Source: Leptospiraceae bacterium
GTDB lineage: Bacteria; Spirochaetota; Leptospiria; Leptospirales; Leptonemataceae
Reading direction: 5' to 3'
Length of the DNA: 64,000 bases
NCBI GenBank assembly: GCA_040217195.1
Contig: JAVJNR010000005.1
Coordinates: 544,001-608,000 of the forward strand
Positions within the stretch are counted from its first letter, which is position 1. Each line of letters begins with the position of its first letter. This document shows positions 52,620-61,564 of the stretch, piece after piece. The notes under the pieces were generated by a model. That model was given only the letters and a program-made list of their open reading frames with translations. It ran no database searches and had not been told where the DNA came from. Both the position numbers and the translations under genes were made by a program.

Positions 52620-54080
52620 ATGCAACAGTATCCCTCTTCTCAGGCCTCCCCGCCGGACAACGGCACCAATAGAGAAATCAGGACCGCGACAGCCGATCAG
52701 GGGAATCCCTTTGGTCATCGAATCACATTCAAAGAGGCGACTAAAGTATGGTGGCGAGTGGCCATTTTGAGCTTCGGAGGTCCTGCAGGCCAGATCGCGG
52801 TAATGCACCGTATTCTTGTGGATGAAAAGCAATGGATTAGCGAGAGTCGCTTCCTGCATGCTTTGAATTACTGCATGGTCCTCCCTGGACCTGAGGCCCA
52901 GCAATTGGCCACCTATATAGGTTGGCTCTTGCATGGCATAAGAGGTGGACTGGTTGCAGGTGCCCTTTTCGTGCTGCCGGGCTTTCTCAGTATTCTGGTC
53001 CTCAGCCTGCTCTACGCCGGCTTCCAGGATGTGTCCCTGGTGCAGGCCTTGTTTTTCGGCATAAAAGCGGCGGTGCTGGCAATCGTAATCCAGGCAGTAA
53101 TCCGGATCGGCAAGCGGGCGCTCAAGAATACCTACATGTACGGTTTGGCGGCAGTCGCATTTGTGGCGCTCTTCTTCTTTGCCATTCCCTTCCCAATCGT
53201 AATCATTAGCGCTGCATTTATTGGTCTTGTGGGGCGATATGTTGATCTGAAACGGTTTGTAATCATCAAGGGGCATGATACCCCGGACGAATCCGGGCAT
53301 ACCATCGATGCCATGCTGAACAGCGGTGCAGCTAACCATACGAAAGCATCACCGGCTCGAGCACTCAGGGTACTCGCACTCTGGCTTCCGCTATGGTTTG
53401 CGCCCCTTATAGCAATGGTTCTGACCCTGGGTTACGAAAATGTATTCACCCAGATCGGACTCTTCTTCAGTAAGCTGGCAGTGGTTACTTTTGGCGGCGC
53501 CTATTCGGTGTTGGCCTATATGGCCCAGGAGGCAGTACTAAACTATGGATGGTTGGCTCCTGGAGAAATGCTGGATGGTCTGGGCATGGCCGAGACGACA
53601 CCGGGCCCCTTGATTCAAGTTGTGCAATTCGTAGGCTTTCTTGCTGCCTTCAGGGAACCGGGTGTACTGAATCCCTTTGCTGCAGGCCTACTGGCATCGG
53701 TACTGGCGACCTGGGTGACTTTTGTCCCTTGCTTTTTGTGGATTTTTCTTGGTGCTCCCTATGTGGAAACGTTGCGCCATAATCAGACCGTGAGTGCAGC
53801 GCTTTCGGCCGTGACGGCCGCTGTGGTGGGCGTGATGCTCAATCTGGCCCTCTGGTTCGCAGTGCATGTCGCATTCGAAGAGGTTGACACTCTTCAGTTT
53901 CATGGAATACAAATCCTATTGCCCAACTGGAGTAGCATCCAAATCGTCAGCGTGTTGCTGGCGACGGGAGCCTTCATAGCCATTCTTCGTTTCAAGGTAG
54001 CTATGCTACCGGTTATCCTGGTCAGCGCACTGCTGGGGACCGCTTACTATTTCCTATTCGGAGTTTCCCCGCCGGTATGA
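52620..54080 (+). CDS. chrA: Chromate efflux transporter (long-chain CHR)
   Basis: SFGGPAGQIAVMH, LPGPEAQQLATY, TFGGAYSVL, ETTPGPLI. Confidence 0.95.
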   Translation: MQQYPSSQASPPDNGTNREIRTATADQGNPFGHRITFKEATKVWWRVAILSFGGPAGQIAVMHRILVDEKQWISESRFLHALNYCMVLPGPEAQQLATYIGWLLHGIRGGLVAGALFVLPGFLSILVLSLLYAGFQDVSLVQALFFGIKAAVLAIVIQAVIRIGKRALKNTYMYGLAAVAFVALFFFAIPFPIVIISAAFIGLVGRYVDLKRFVIIKGHDTPDESGHTIDAMLNSGAANHTKASPARALRVLALWLPLWFAPLIAMVLTLGYENVFTQIGLFFSKLAVVTFGGAYSVLAYMAQEAVLNYGWLAPGEMLDGLGMAETTPGPLIQVVQFVGFLAAFREPGVLNPFAAGLLASVLATWVTFVPCFLWIFLGAPYVETLRHNQTVSAALSAVTAAVVGVMLNLALWFAVHVAFEEVDTLQFHGIQILLPNWSSIQIVSVLLATGAFIAILRFKVAMLPVILVSALLGTAYYFLFGVSPPV

Positions 54081-54227
54081 CCGGGCCCAGAACGAAAAGA
54101 GCGCTGAATGTTCCTGATAGCGTATAAGATTCAAGCACTCATCTTCATGCAGACAGGGTGTCGATAGCCGGCGTGCCATGAGCGACCGCACCGGACTGAG
54201 AGCGGCCAGATTCCAATTAGAACCTCC

Positions 54228-54447
54228 CACGCGTTATTACACGAACCGATCGGGCCGGGGTTCCACTTATGGCCGCCCGCGCGTTTTAACACGAACCAAG
54301 CCGCCCGAGGTTCGCCTTATGACCGGCCACGCGTTTAACACGAACCCAGCAGCTCGGGTTCCACTTATGACCTTCCACGCGTTATAACGCGCACCAAGCA
54401 GCCCGGGTTCCACTTAGGGCCGCCAGGTGGTAAAAACCGAACCCAGC
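54228..54447. repeat. Tandem array of four (plus partial) 48-50 bp palindromic units
   Basis: CGCGTT at 54230, 54280, 54330 and 54378; units carry GAACC...GGTTC inverted pairs and CTTA. Confidence 0.85.
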
Positions 54448-54460
54448 CCTACCAAATAAG

Positions 54461-54873
54461 AAATCGCGAAGCGGTTTCTTCCATACCAGCGATTTACCCT
54501 GGGCCCTAAGCGGCGGGAGCCTGGGGGATGCGAAAAACGAGGACAGGAGGTCCGAGTCTGCGCTCGTTTGTCCACGGAGGGGCGACCGAGCGCAGGAGCG
54601 TGCCTCAGGCTGCCGCAGCACGAAAGCGGTCCTAAACCGCGAAGCGGTTTCTTCCATAGTAGCGGTTTACCCGGATCCTTATTTTGCGATCGTGGTGGGA
54701 GCCGCTTCATAAGGCGAAGACAGGAAGTCTGAGCCGAGCGCTCGTTTGGATATGGACGATGAACATGGATGTTCAAGTGTCCGCGGAGCCACGGAGGGCG
54801 AGAGCGGACGGGACAGCCGGGCGCTCAGAAGTGGCTCCCACCGCGACCAACAGGATAAGCGGTCCTAAACCGC
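54461..54873 (+). ncRNA. Two tandem homologous structured units with GGA-loop hairpins (candidate Csr/Rsm-like sRNA or MITE-like element)
   Basis: 21-bp identity at 54465-54485 and 54638-54658; 17-bp direct repeat at 54624-54640 and 54857-54873; shared core GACAGGARGTCYGAG...GCGCTCGTTTG...CCACGGAGGG; long closing stems. Confidence 0.5.
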
Positions 54874-56076
54874 CTGGGCTTTCTCTTTTTTCCGTTCCAT
54901 GGCTGCTTTCTTACGATAGTAAGCCACCTGCTTCTCCAGTTCCACAAGGTCCTGGCAGATGATCTTTCCGCCGTCCAGTTTTAGCCATCGATTCTTGAGC
55001 ATATCCAGGATGAGATGCTCGTCTTTGTTCGGATCATACCCCACCATTTTAAGCAGGTCTTTGCCACCGATGTCAAAGTTATGATTGGAACGAGGGGCAA
55101 TCTTGATATGGTTTTTCTCTGCCAGCGTTAGCAGTGTGTCATAGAGTCTGCCCTGAGGATCGGAAATCATCAGGTTGGCCAGCTGACGATAGGCCATCCA
55201 GATTCGCTCGGATAATAGAGTAATAAGACGTGTTGCTAACTGCGGTTGAGCCTTTACCATGGCTTCGAAGTTTGCTTTGTTAATGGCCAGCATGGTGGCT
55301 TTTTCAGCACAGATGGCAGATGCACTTCTGGGTTTATTATCCAGAATTGCCATCTCTCCGAAGATATCACCGGTTTGAATTACAGCCAGCATCACTTCCT
55401 GACCGTCTACCATCTTGGTAATCTTGATTCGGCCGCCCTGAATAATATAGAGTTCAAATCCAGGCTCATTTTCGCAGAAGATCATATCATCTGGATTGAA
55501 AGTGCGATTGATGCTTTTTTCCATGTAGGCCGGAGCTTTGAGTGGCTTATTCATGGATTGAAGCCTCATCTTGGCCTGGCTTACATTCTTTCCTTTGGGA
55601 TTCCATTGAAGGTAGCGCTGAAATGCATAGGCTGCATGATTGAACCTCTCTTCTTTGAAATAGAACTCTCCCAGTTCAAAAAGATGGGATGGATCCTCTT
55701 CAAGAGCCGTTCTAAAGGAAAGTCGAGTAATAGTGCTATCAAAGGCCCTCAACTTCATGGAGAAGGAGCGGATGATCTTCATGGCCACGGGAGCATTTTT
55801 CTGAATCAGTAAGCCGAACTGATCATTATTTACCTGAATGAGGGAGACATCGGTCTGAGCCACCACGGTTTCAATTCGGCTATGGCCAGACATGGCACTT
55901 TCCACGCCAAAAAAGTCCCCGGGTCCCAGAAGTGTGGTTCCTTCCTCGCCGGCCACAGGGGTCTCTTTCGAAGTACGTACCTTTCCCTGGCGAACGATAT
56001 AGAAGTGCCCGACTTCCCTTTTCCCCTCAATAATGATGTAGGAGCCGGCACGATAATTAACCATTTGAAAGGCCAT
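54865..56076 (-). CDS. Crp/Fnr-like protein with two cNMP-binding domains separated by a TPR
   Basis: GPGDFFG...RIET; TPR (YFKEERFNHAAYAFQRY); GDIFGEMAILDNKPRSASA. Confidence 0.9.
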   Translation of the reverse strand: MAFQMVNYRAGSYIIIEGKREVGHFYIVRQGKVRTSKETPVAGEEGTTLLGPGDFFGVESAMSGHSRIETVVAQTDVSLIQVNNDQFGLLIQKNAPVAMKIIRSFSMKLRAFDSTITRLSFRTALEEDPSHLFELGEFYFKEERFNHAAYAFQRYLQWNPKGKNVSQAKMRLQSMNKPLKAPAYMEKSINRTFNPDDMIFCENEPGFELYIIQGGRIKITKMVDGQEVMLAVIQTGDIFGEMAILDNKPRSASAICAEKATMLAINKANFEAMVKAQPQLATRLITLLSERIWMAYRQLANLMISDPQGRLYDTLLTLAEKNHIKIAPRSNHNFDIGGKDLLKMVGYDPNKDEHLILDMLKNRWLKLDGGKIICQDLVELEKQVAYYRKKAAMERKKEKAQAV

Positions 56077-56157
56077 AGCTTCCTACACTCTCCCTTGTTC
56101 CGGCAAGATCATGGTATACAGATTCAATATCGGAACGGATAGTACGATCAACCAGTT

Positions 56158-57090
56158 TCAGGGACTTTTTTTTGGTTCCCCGTTCCCGGGTTCCGAAGGT
56201 TCCGAAGGTTCCGAAGGTTCCACAGAGGAGCCGGAATCCGCCTTCTCTATGCCTTCACCCATCCGATCCAGAGCTCTTTGTCCAGTTGATGGCCTCCCGT
56301 CGGCTGTGTCAATTCCAGTGTCATCGGCTTCGGATTCCTGGGACTTTTCTGTGCTGTTATCCATGGGAAAGAGAGGTTTTCCGGAATCCTGGTTCTCCTG
56401 ACCGGACAAATTGTCCTGGTTTGTGCCTGGATTGGAGGGATTCTCGTCTGTCCTGGGCGATTCGATGAATCGAAAGGAACGTTCCAGCAATTGGGCCTCT
56501 CGTTGCTCGGCAGTGCCCGGAAATCGATTTTGAATGTTTTGCAGAAGGCTACGAGCCTTGGAATACTGCCCTTGCTGGATATGAATCCTTGCCATTTCCA
56601 GCATGGATCGCGGCTCCTTCTGATCTGGAGTTTCCAGAATTGCCGATTGCTGATAGCGCTTCAATGCAGCTCGATGATCACCGGTTTTTCTTTGTAGATC
56701 GGCCAGTTCCATGCGGGCCCGGCCTGCCATGGGATGGCTGGGATAGAGAATCAAAAAATCCTGCAATCTTCTGCGGGCCGAGTCATACTGACCTTCGGAG
56801 ATCTGCTCCAGAATAAAGCGAAATCTTCGGTCCGCTTCCTGGTTATACAATACTTTGAACGATTCGTTTCGTTTTTCCCGGTTCGTCTTATAATTACGAA
56901 AATCCGCCGGAGACGATGGGCCTCCGGAAGTAGGCTCATTTACATTCTCGCCTGGATTATTTCCTGGATTGTTTTGCGGATTGTCTGGATTTTCGGAGCC
57001 CGGCTCCGCCGGTGAAGTATTCGGATCTTCTGCACCCAGAGGTGCGCAGAGCCAGAGGGTGCCGAAGAGTATCAGCGTGGCTCTTTTCAT
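56158..57090 (-). CDS. Exported TPR (BamD/YfiO-like) protein with low-complexity termini
   Basis: Signal MKRATLILFGTLWLCAPLGA; YPSHPMA and RFPGTAE TPR ends; EPSEPSEPSEP tail. Confidence 0.72.
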   Translation of the reverse strand: MKRATLILFGTLWLCAPLGAEDPNTSPAEPGSENPDNPQNNPGNNPGENVNEPTSGGPSSPADFRNYKTNREKRNESFKVLYNQEADRRFRFILEQISEGQYDSARRRLQDFLILYPSHPMAGRARMELADLQRKTGDHRAALKRYQQSAILETPDQKEPRSMLEMARIHIQQGQYSKARSLLQNIQNRFPGTAEQREAQLLERSFRFIESPRTDENPSNPGTNQDNLSGQENQDSGKPLFPMDNSTEKSQESEADDTGIDTADGRPSTGQRALDRMGEGIEKADSGSSVEPSEPSEPSEPGNGEPKKSP

Positions 57091-57155
57091 GGAAGTTTTT
57101 AGTGGGCCAGGCATGGTAAATTCGGGGAAGTGAACCTGCAAGGCAGACTCACAGC

Positions 57156-57686
57156 TCAGCCTGTACTCTGGGAAGATTGTTGCAAGAAGGATTCGAACCA
57201 TCGCTGATCGATATCGGACACCTCGCATTCAGACAGCTTCAATTGTTCAAAGTATTGCAGGAGTATTCCCATATGGGCGGCCTGCTCATGCTCGGTATTC
57301 CATTCACCCCGGTCTGTTCCGGTGGCAATAATGGCCTCTTCTCTGACCTGTTCGCAGAATTCGGATGACTTGCTTCGAAAGATCATCGTTGCCGATACTA
57401 GATCGAATCGAATGGTATCAACGATCTTAAGAAATTCTGCATCACTGAGATCGAAATGCCGACTGGCCACTTCCGTTTGAAAGTAATCTCCCCAGGTTAC
57501 TACTTCAGGCTCTGCGCCATACTTTTCCTTCAGAGCCTGGATTTCCTCCAGCTCAACATAGTTACATTGAGCAAAGCGCTCCACGGTTTCTCGAAGTTCA
57601 ATAAGAGCAGCGATTTTTCGACCGGATAACTGTCCGCGCTGGACCATTCCGGAAAGTTGGCTGTGCAGTCCGTTGATTTCCATCAT
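57156..57686 (-). CDS. Hypothetical protein
   Basis: 176-aa ORF co-oriented with neighbours; TWGDYFQTE, DTIRFDL. Confidence 0.7.
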   Translation of the reverse strand: MMEINGLHSQLSGMVQRGQLSGRKIAALIELRETVERFAQCNYVELEEIQALKEKYGAEPEVVTWGDYFQTEVASRHFDLSDAEFLKIVDTIRFDLVSATMIFRSKSSEFCEQVREEAIIATGTDRGEWNTEHEQAAHMGILLQYFEQLKLSECEVSDIDQRWFESFLQQSSQSTG

Positions 57687-57938
57687 ACCGAATCCATCGG
57701 CAGAGGTCCAAATTTTCCGCAGAACTTTCCAGAGAACAGCGGCGGCACAGTCTGGAATAAAATCAGAAATGAAAGCCTGGCAACGTTGGCCGCAAGTTGC
57801 GGAATTAATCAGAGATGAAAGCCCGGTGAGCAGGCCGCCTGTTGAGCAGTAATCTACAAGGGCCCATTCTAAGTGTAGGTGGTATCAGGTAGCCGGATTC
57901 GATACGAATAGAGTTAATTGCTCTGTGACTCTGTGACT

Positions 57939-59777
57939 CTAGATATCGGAAGAGAAACCAAACTGGACCGAGGTTTCATCCACTGGAAGATACTGTGCTT
58001 CATTGGTATCATATTCCCAGGTTCGTTGAAACACTCCCTTGATGTACAGTCCACCCATGAAGGTAATGCCTGCTTCTCCTGCCAGCAAGGAGTTATCATC
58101 CAGTTCGAATGCATTTCCGAAACCCTCGAAACTCTTTTTTGAATAATAGCCATTCAAAAAGAGACCGCCAAAAGTAGGTGGGATGTAGAATCCAACAAAG
58201 ATTTCCGAGTTGGATGGACCATCGTAATCTTCATAATTCATCTCAATGATAAAAATGCGCGAGAAGTCTAACAGACCATGAATAAAGAATCCCTTCTTCT
58301 TTTCACCATCTGTAGGCAATGACTTTAAGTAGGCCAGCTTGGTAGTAGTTTGAGTACTTGCATCTCCTGTTTCAGGGATGTAAACCGTTCTTTCAATGGC
58401 ATAGTAGGAATCAAAGTAAGCAGGCAAATAGTTAGACGTAACTTCGCGATATTCGGGTTTCAGGGTAATACTTACCAGGCTGAAGTTCAGCTGAAACAGA
58501 ATTCCCGCATGAATGCCCTCACTGTTTTCTAGATCCTTAACTTTATTAATGTCCACATAAGGAGTCAGATCAAACCAGCTGTAGGGGCTTAACTTTAGCT
58601 CCGTATCCATACCCACAATGTACAGATCCTCTGTTTCCAGAGCTCTGGGACGAAGAGAATCGGGGTCCACTACCAGATTATTGGAACCATCGTATTCAAG
58701 AGTTAGTGGAGTTTCATGATCTCGAGCCACTGTATAGCCCACTGCCCATCGGCCCCAGAACCCGGCATCCCATTCATCTGAATCTCGGTCGGTGGGAGTA
58801 TCTGATGGATCCTGCAATCCCTGATCTCCGGGACCGGATGGATCCTGAGGACCATCCGGACCGGTTGGTTTTTCTACAGGACGGACCTTCACTTCATTGG
58901 TAACCGGATCTCGATATTCCTCAAAATCCAATTCTGTATCCTGTAAATCTTCCCGTAACCGATTTAGCCTGTACTGTCGAAGGGCTCCTCCTTCATCCGG
59001 CTTGGGTATCTTCTCATAATAATAGGCACTGTTGTTTTCCTGGATGGAAAGTGCTACTTCTGTGGGCGAGAATCCCCCTCCTCGATTATGAGAAACAAAG
59101 AAACCGTTATAAACAGAAGCCACGATACCGGCAGGACGGATATAAACACGGCCGGCCTCTACCTGTTTTCGCAATACGTTGGACTGGAAGTATTCCACTC
59201 CACCCCAGTCATTGTTTATGTCTGCCATCAATCCAGGGCTCTGGATCGTAGGATCATAGGTGGATACATATCGATCGATGATTGTGCGATGCCCTATGTA
59301 GCCATCATACATTCTGCCATAGTAAAAAGACCAGTTCCATTCGCCGGGTTCATAAAAGCCATGAGTACCCTTTCGCACATAGGTAATCAGTTGTGAATAA
59401 TCCTCCAGAGAGTCATAAGTACCTGTGCGAAGATCCGGAACCTTTTCTGCTGTCTTGGGCTCTGTATCATAGACCAGAACCTCCAGTGGAACCTGAAGAC
59501 CTATCCTGAAATCATAGGGCAGCGGTAATTCGAATTGAGGAGTGATGGTTATGTAATAATCGTCTTCAATTGTCTTGAAGCCTGTATTAACTCCAAAGCC
59601 CATACCCTCCACCTGTTGTCCAGGCCCATAGCCTGGAGGTCTCCACTGAGGATTGGAATCAGCAAAAGCAGGGACGGAGAAAAACAATAGCAGCAACCAC
59701 GAGCCAGTAGCTCGAAAGAAAGCTGGAAGCTTAACCCGGAACCTGGCTCCTGTGCTTTGAGGGATAGGATTCACCAC
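57939..59777 (-). CDS. Exported protein, probable outer-membrane beta-barrel
   Basis: Signal ending AFA; alternating aromatic beta-strands; C-terminal VQFGFSSDI. Confidence 0.7.
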   Translation of the reverse strand: MVNPIPQSTGARFRVKLPAFFRATGSWLLLLFFSVPAFADSNPQWRPPGYGPGQQVEGMGFGVNTGFKTIEDDYYITITPQFELPLPYDFRIGLQVPLEVLVYDTEPKTAEKVPDLRTGTYDSLEDYSQLITYVRKGTHGFYEPGEWNWSFYYGRMYDGYIGHRTIIDRYVSTYDPTIQSPGLMADINNDWGGVEYFQSNVLRKQVEAGRVYIRPAGIVASVYNGFFVSHNRGGGFSPTEVALSIQENNSAYYYEKIPKPDEGGALRQYRLNRLREDLQDTELDFEEYRDPVTNEVKVRPVEKPTGPDGPQDPSGPGDQGLQDPSDTPTDRDSDEWDAGFWGRWAVGYTVARDHETPLTLEYDGSNNLVVDPDSLRPRALETEDLYIVGMDTELKLSPYSWFDLTPYVDINKVKDLENSEGIHAGILFQLNFSLVSITLKPEYREVTSNYLPAYFDSYYAIERTVYIPETGDASTQTTTKLAYLKSLPTDGEKKKGFFIHGLLDFSRIFIIEMNYEDYDGPSNSEIFVGFYIPPTFGGLFLNGYYSKKSFEGFGNAFELDDNSLLAGEAGITFMGGLYIKGVFQRTWEYDTNEAQYLPVDETSVQFGFSSDI

Positions 59778-59794
59778 TTTGTAAAACCACGGGA

Positions 59795-61444
59795 TTAGCC
59801 TTTGGACTCTTCGGCCGCCTGGATAATCTCCTGTAGGAATAATCGGGCTGAGGCTACCGTATCCTTGAATACGAAAAACTCATCCAGCTTACTCATTTGA
59901 AAAAGCTTCTCCACATTTCCCTGAACATTTACAAGGATCAGTAGCCCTCCCCTGTTCTTGAGCCAGTTGGAGATTTGAATCATGGTACCTATGCCCGATG
60001 AATCCACATAGCTCAGATCTGTGAGATCAAAAATCATGAACCTATAACCATTTTCCAGATGCCTGCGAACCATATTCTTCACTTCCGGGCATTTGTACAG
60101 ATCCAGCTGCCCTTCCATAGAATGCTCGAGAATGCGATTATGCACACCTGCTTCTGCTTTGTATACGGAACGAAAGGCCTTGCTGTCGGACCCTCCGGCC
60201 ATCAGCTGCTTTCTTGCAATGATTAGATTATCTTCCAGGTTTCTTTCCATGTCCGAGAGCCTGCCAATCATTCGTTCTATGATTTCAGGATTCACGTCTC
60301 GGTTATTATTCAGCCTTTGTATGGCCTGTCGAATTACATCCCGGGCGGCTCCCAGATCCCGTTCACCGGAAATCCTGGAGGCTTCCATCATGGCCTTGCT
60401 GGATGCAGCCAGCAGGCTTTCCAGACGCACATTGTTGTCCCGATCGGAGGATGGACTGGCAGAGAACTTACTTAGAAGGCTTGCCGCATGATTCTCCATT
60501 CTTGAATCTTCTTGGAGATTATAGAAGGAAAGCTCAGCCTCTATCAACGGGGATTCCGATTTACTGGCCTCTTTGCCATCCACTTCCAGAACCATTACAA
60601 TATTTCTAAGATCATCGGAACGCAGGTCTCCGGGTCTCAGGATCAGGTCCTTTTTTTGCTGTTGCTCGGAGCCTGTGGAACCTTCTCCAGTTTGCCGGTC
60701 CCGATAATCATGGGGAATATCGCTCAGGAATTCTTTGATATTAACTCCTGGAGCCAGTCGAAGTCGGATCTCCAGGCCCTGACCAAAAAGGGCTGCAATA
60801 TCGCCAAACTCTCGAAAGAAGACTTCATGAGCCTGCTCGGGACCTTCAATAAAGTAGAAATTCCCACCACCTGCTGTGGCGATGTCTTTGAGTAGAGTCT
60901 CCGAAAAGTCCCGTCCAAAACCTATGGTTGTGGTAGAAATACCTCGATTATAGTGATCTCTTGCGATCTTTTTGAGCTCTGTGGGAGAGACCACTCCTGT
61001 ATTGGCCATACCGTCTGTAAGTAAAATGACACGTTTATATCCATTTTCTGCCTGGGCACCTTCAACGGTGCGAAGGGCCTGTAACCAGCCCCCGCTGAGG
61101 TTCGTGGAGCTTCCTACGCGAATCTGTTCAATCTTCTTGGTAACGGAATACTTGTCCGTTAAAGGGATGAGCGGCTGCACTACTTCTATATTGGTATCGT
61201 AGGCCACAATGGTGAGCTGATCGTGTCGAGTAAGCCAGTTCACCAGGGCGCTTGCAGATTCAGTAACCGATTGCAACTTGTCGCCATACATGGACTTGGA
61301 TTTATCTATGGCCAGCCCCACAATCAACGGTCTGCGATCCGGGGAGTCCGAAACAGGCGGCGTTTCCACACGAACCAGCAGATGAGTGAGCGAATTTTCC
61401 TGATTGGATAGCTCCTGATTCTCAAGATGTAGGCTAAAGTTCAT
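59795..61444 (-). CDS. VWA (YfbK-like) domain fused to C-terminal STAS anti-sigma-factor antagonist
   Basis: MIDAS DKSKSM, STNLSGG, LLTDGMAN, IGFG; C-terminal G-LDLY...DLTDLSYVDSSGIG. Confidence 0.88.
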   Translation of the reverse strand: MNFSLHLENQELSNQENSLTHLLVRVETPPVSDSPDRRPLIVGLAIDKSKSMYGDKLQSVTESASALVNWLTRHDQLTIVAYDTNIEVVQPLIPLTDKYSVTKKIEQIRVGSSTNLSGGWLQALRTVEGAQAENGYKRVILLTDGMANTGVVSPTELKKIARDHYNRGISTTTIGFGRDFSETLLKDIATAGGGNFYFIEGPEQAHEVFFREFGDIAALFGQGLEIRLRLAPGVNIKEFLSDIPHDYRDRQTGEGSTGSEQQQKKDLILRPGDLRSDDLRNIVMVLEVDGKEASKSESPLIEAELSFYNLQEDSRMENHAASLLSKFSASPSSDRDNNVRLESLLAASSKAMMEASRISGERDLGAARDVIRQAIQRLNNNRDVNPEIIERMIGRLSDMERNLEDNLIIARKQLMAGGSDSKAFRSVYKAEAGVHNRILEHSMEGQLDLYKCPEVKNMVRRHLENGYRFMIFDLTDLSYVDSSGIGTMIQISNWLKNRGGLLILVNVQGNVEKLFQMSKLDEFFVFKDTVASARLFLQEIIQAAEESKG

Positions 61445-61564
61445 TTCAGTCCTGACTCCATTAATACGACGAAACCAAAGGCTCTTTTCTACACGGCACG
61501 ACTCTGACAGTGCACTGTAAGATTGCAACAATCCGACGCAAGGAGATTCCCGGACGGAATTTAG

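Noticed and set aside
52587..53339. 250-aa minus-strand ORF
   Set aside because: Antisense to the well-supported chrA.
54178..54962. ORFs over the repeat region (54178, 54382, 54414, 54684)
   Set aside because: Arg/Pro-rich frames arising from GC-rich repeats; a non-coding interpretation fits better.
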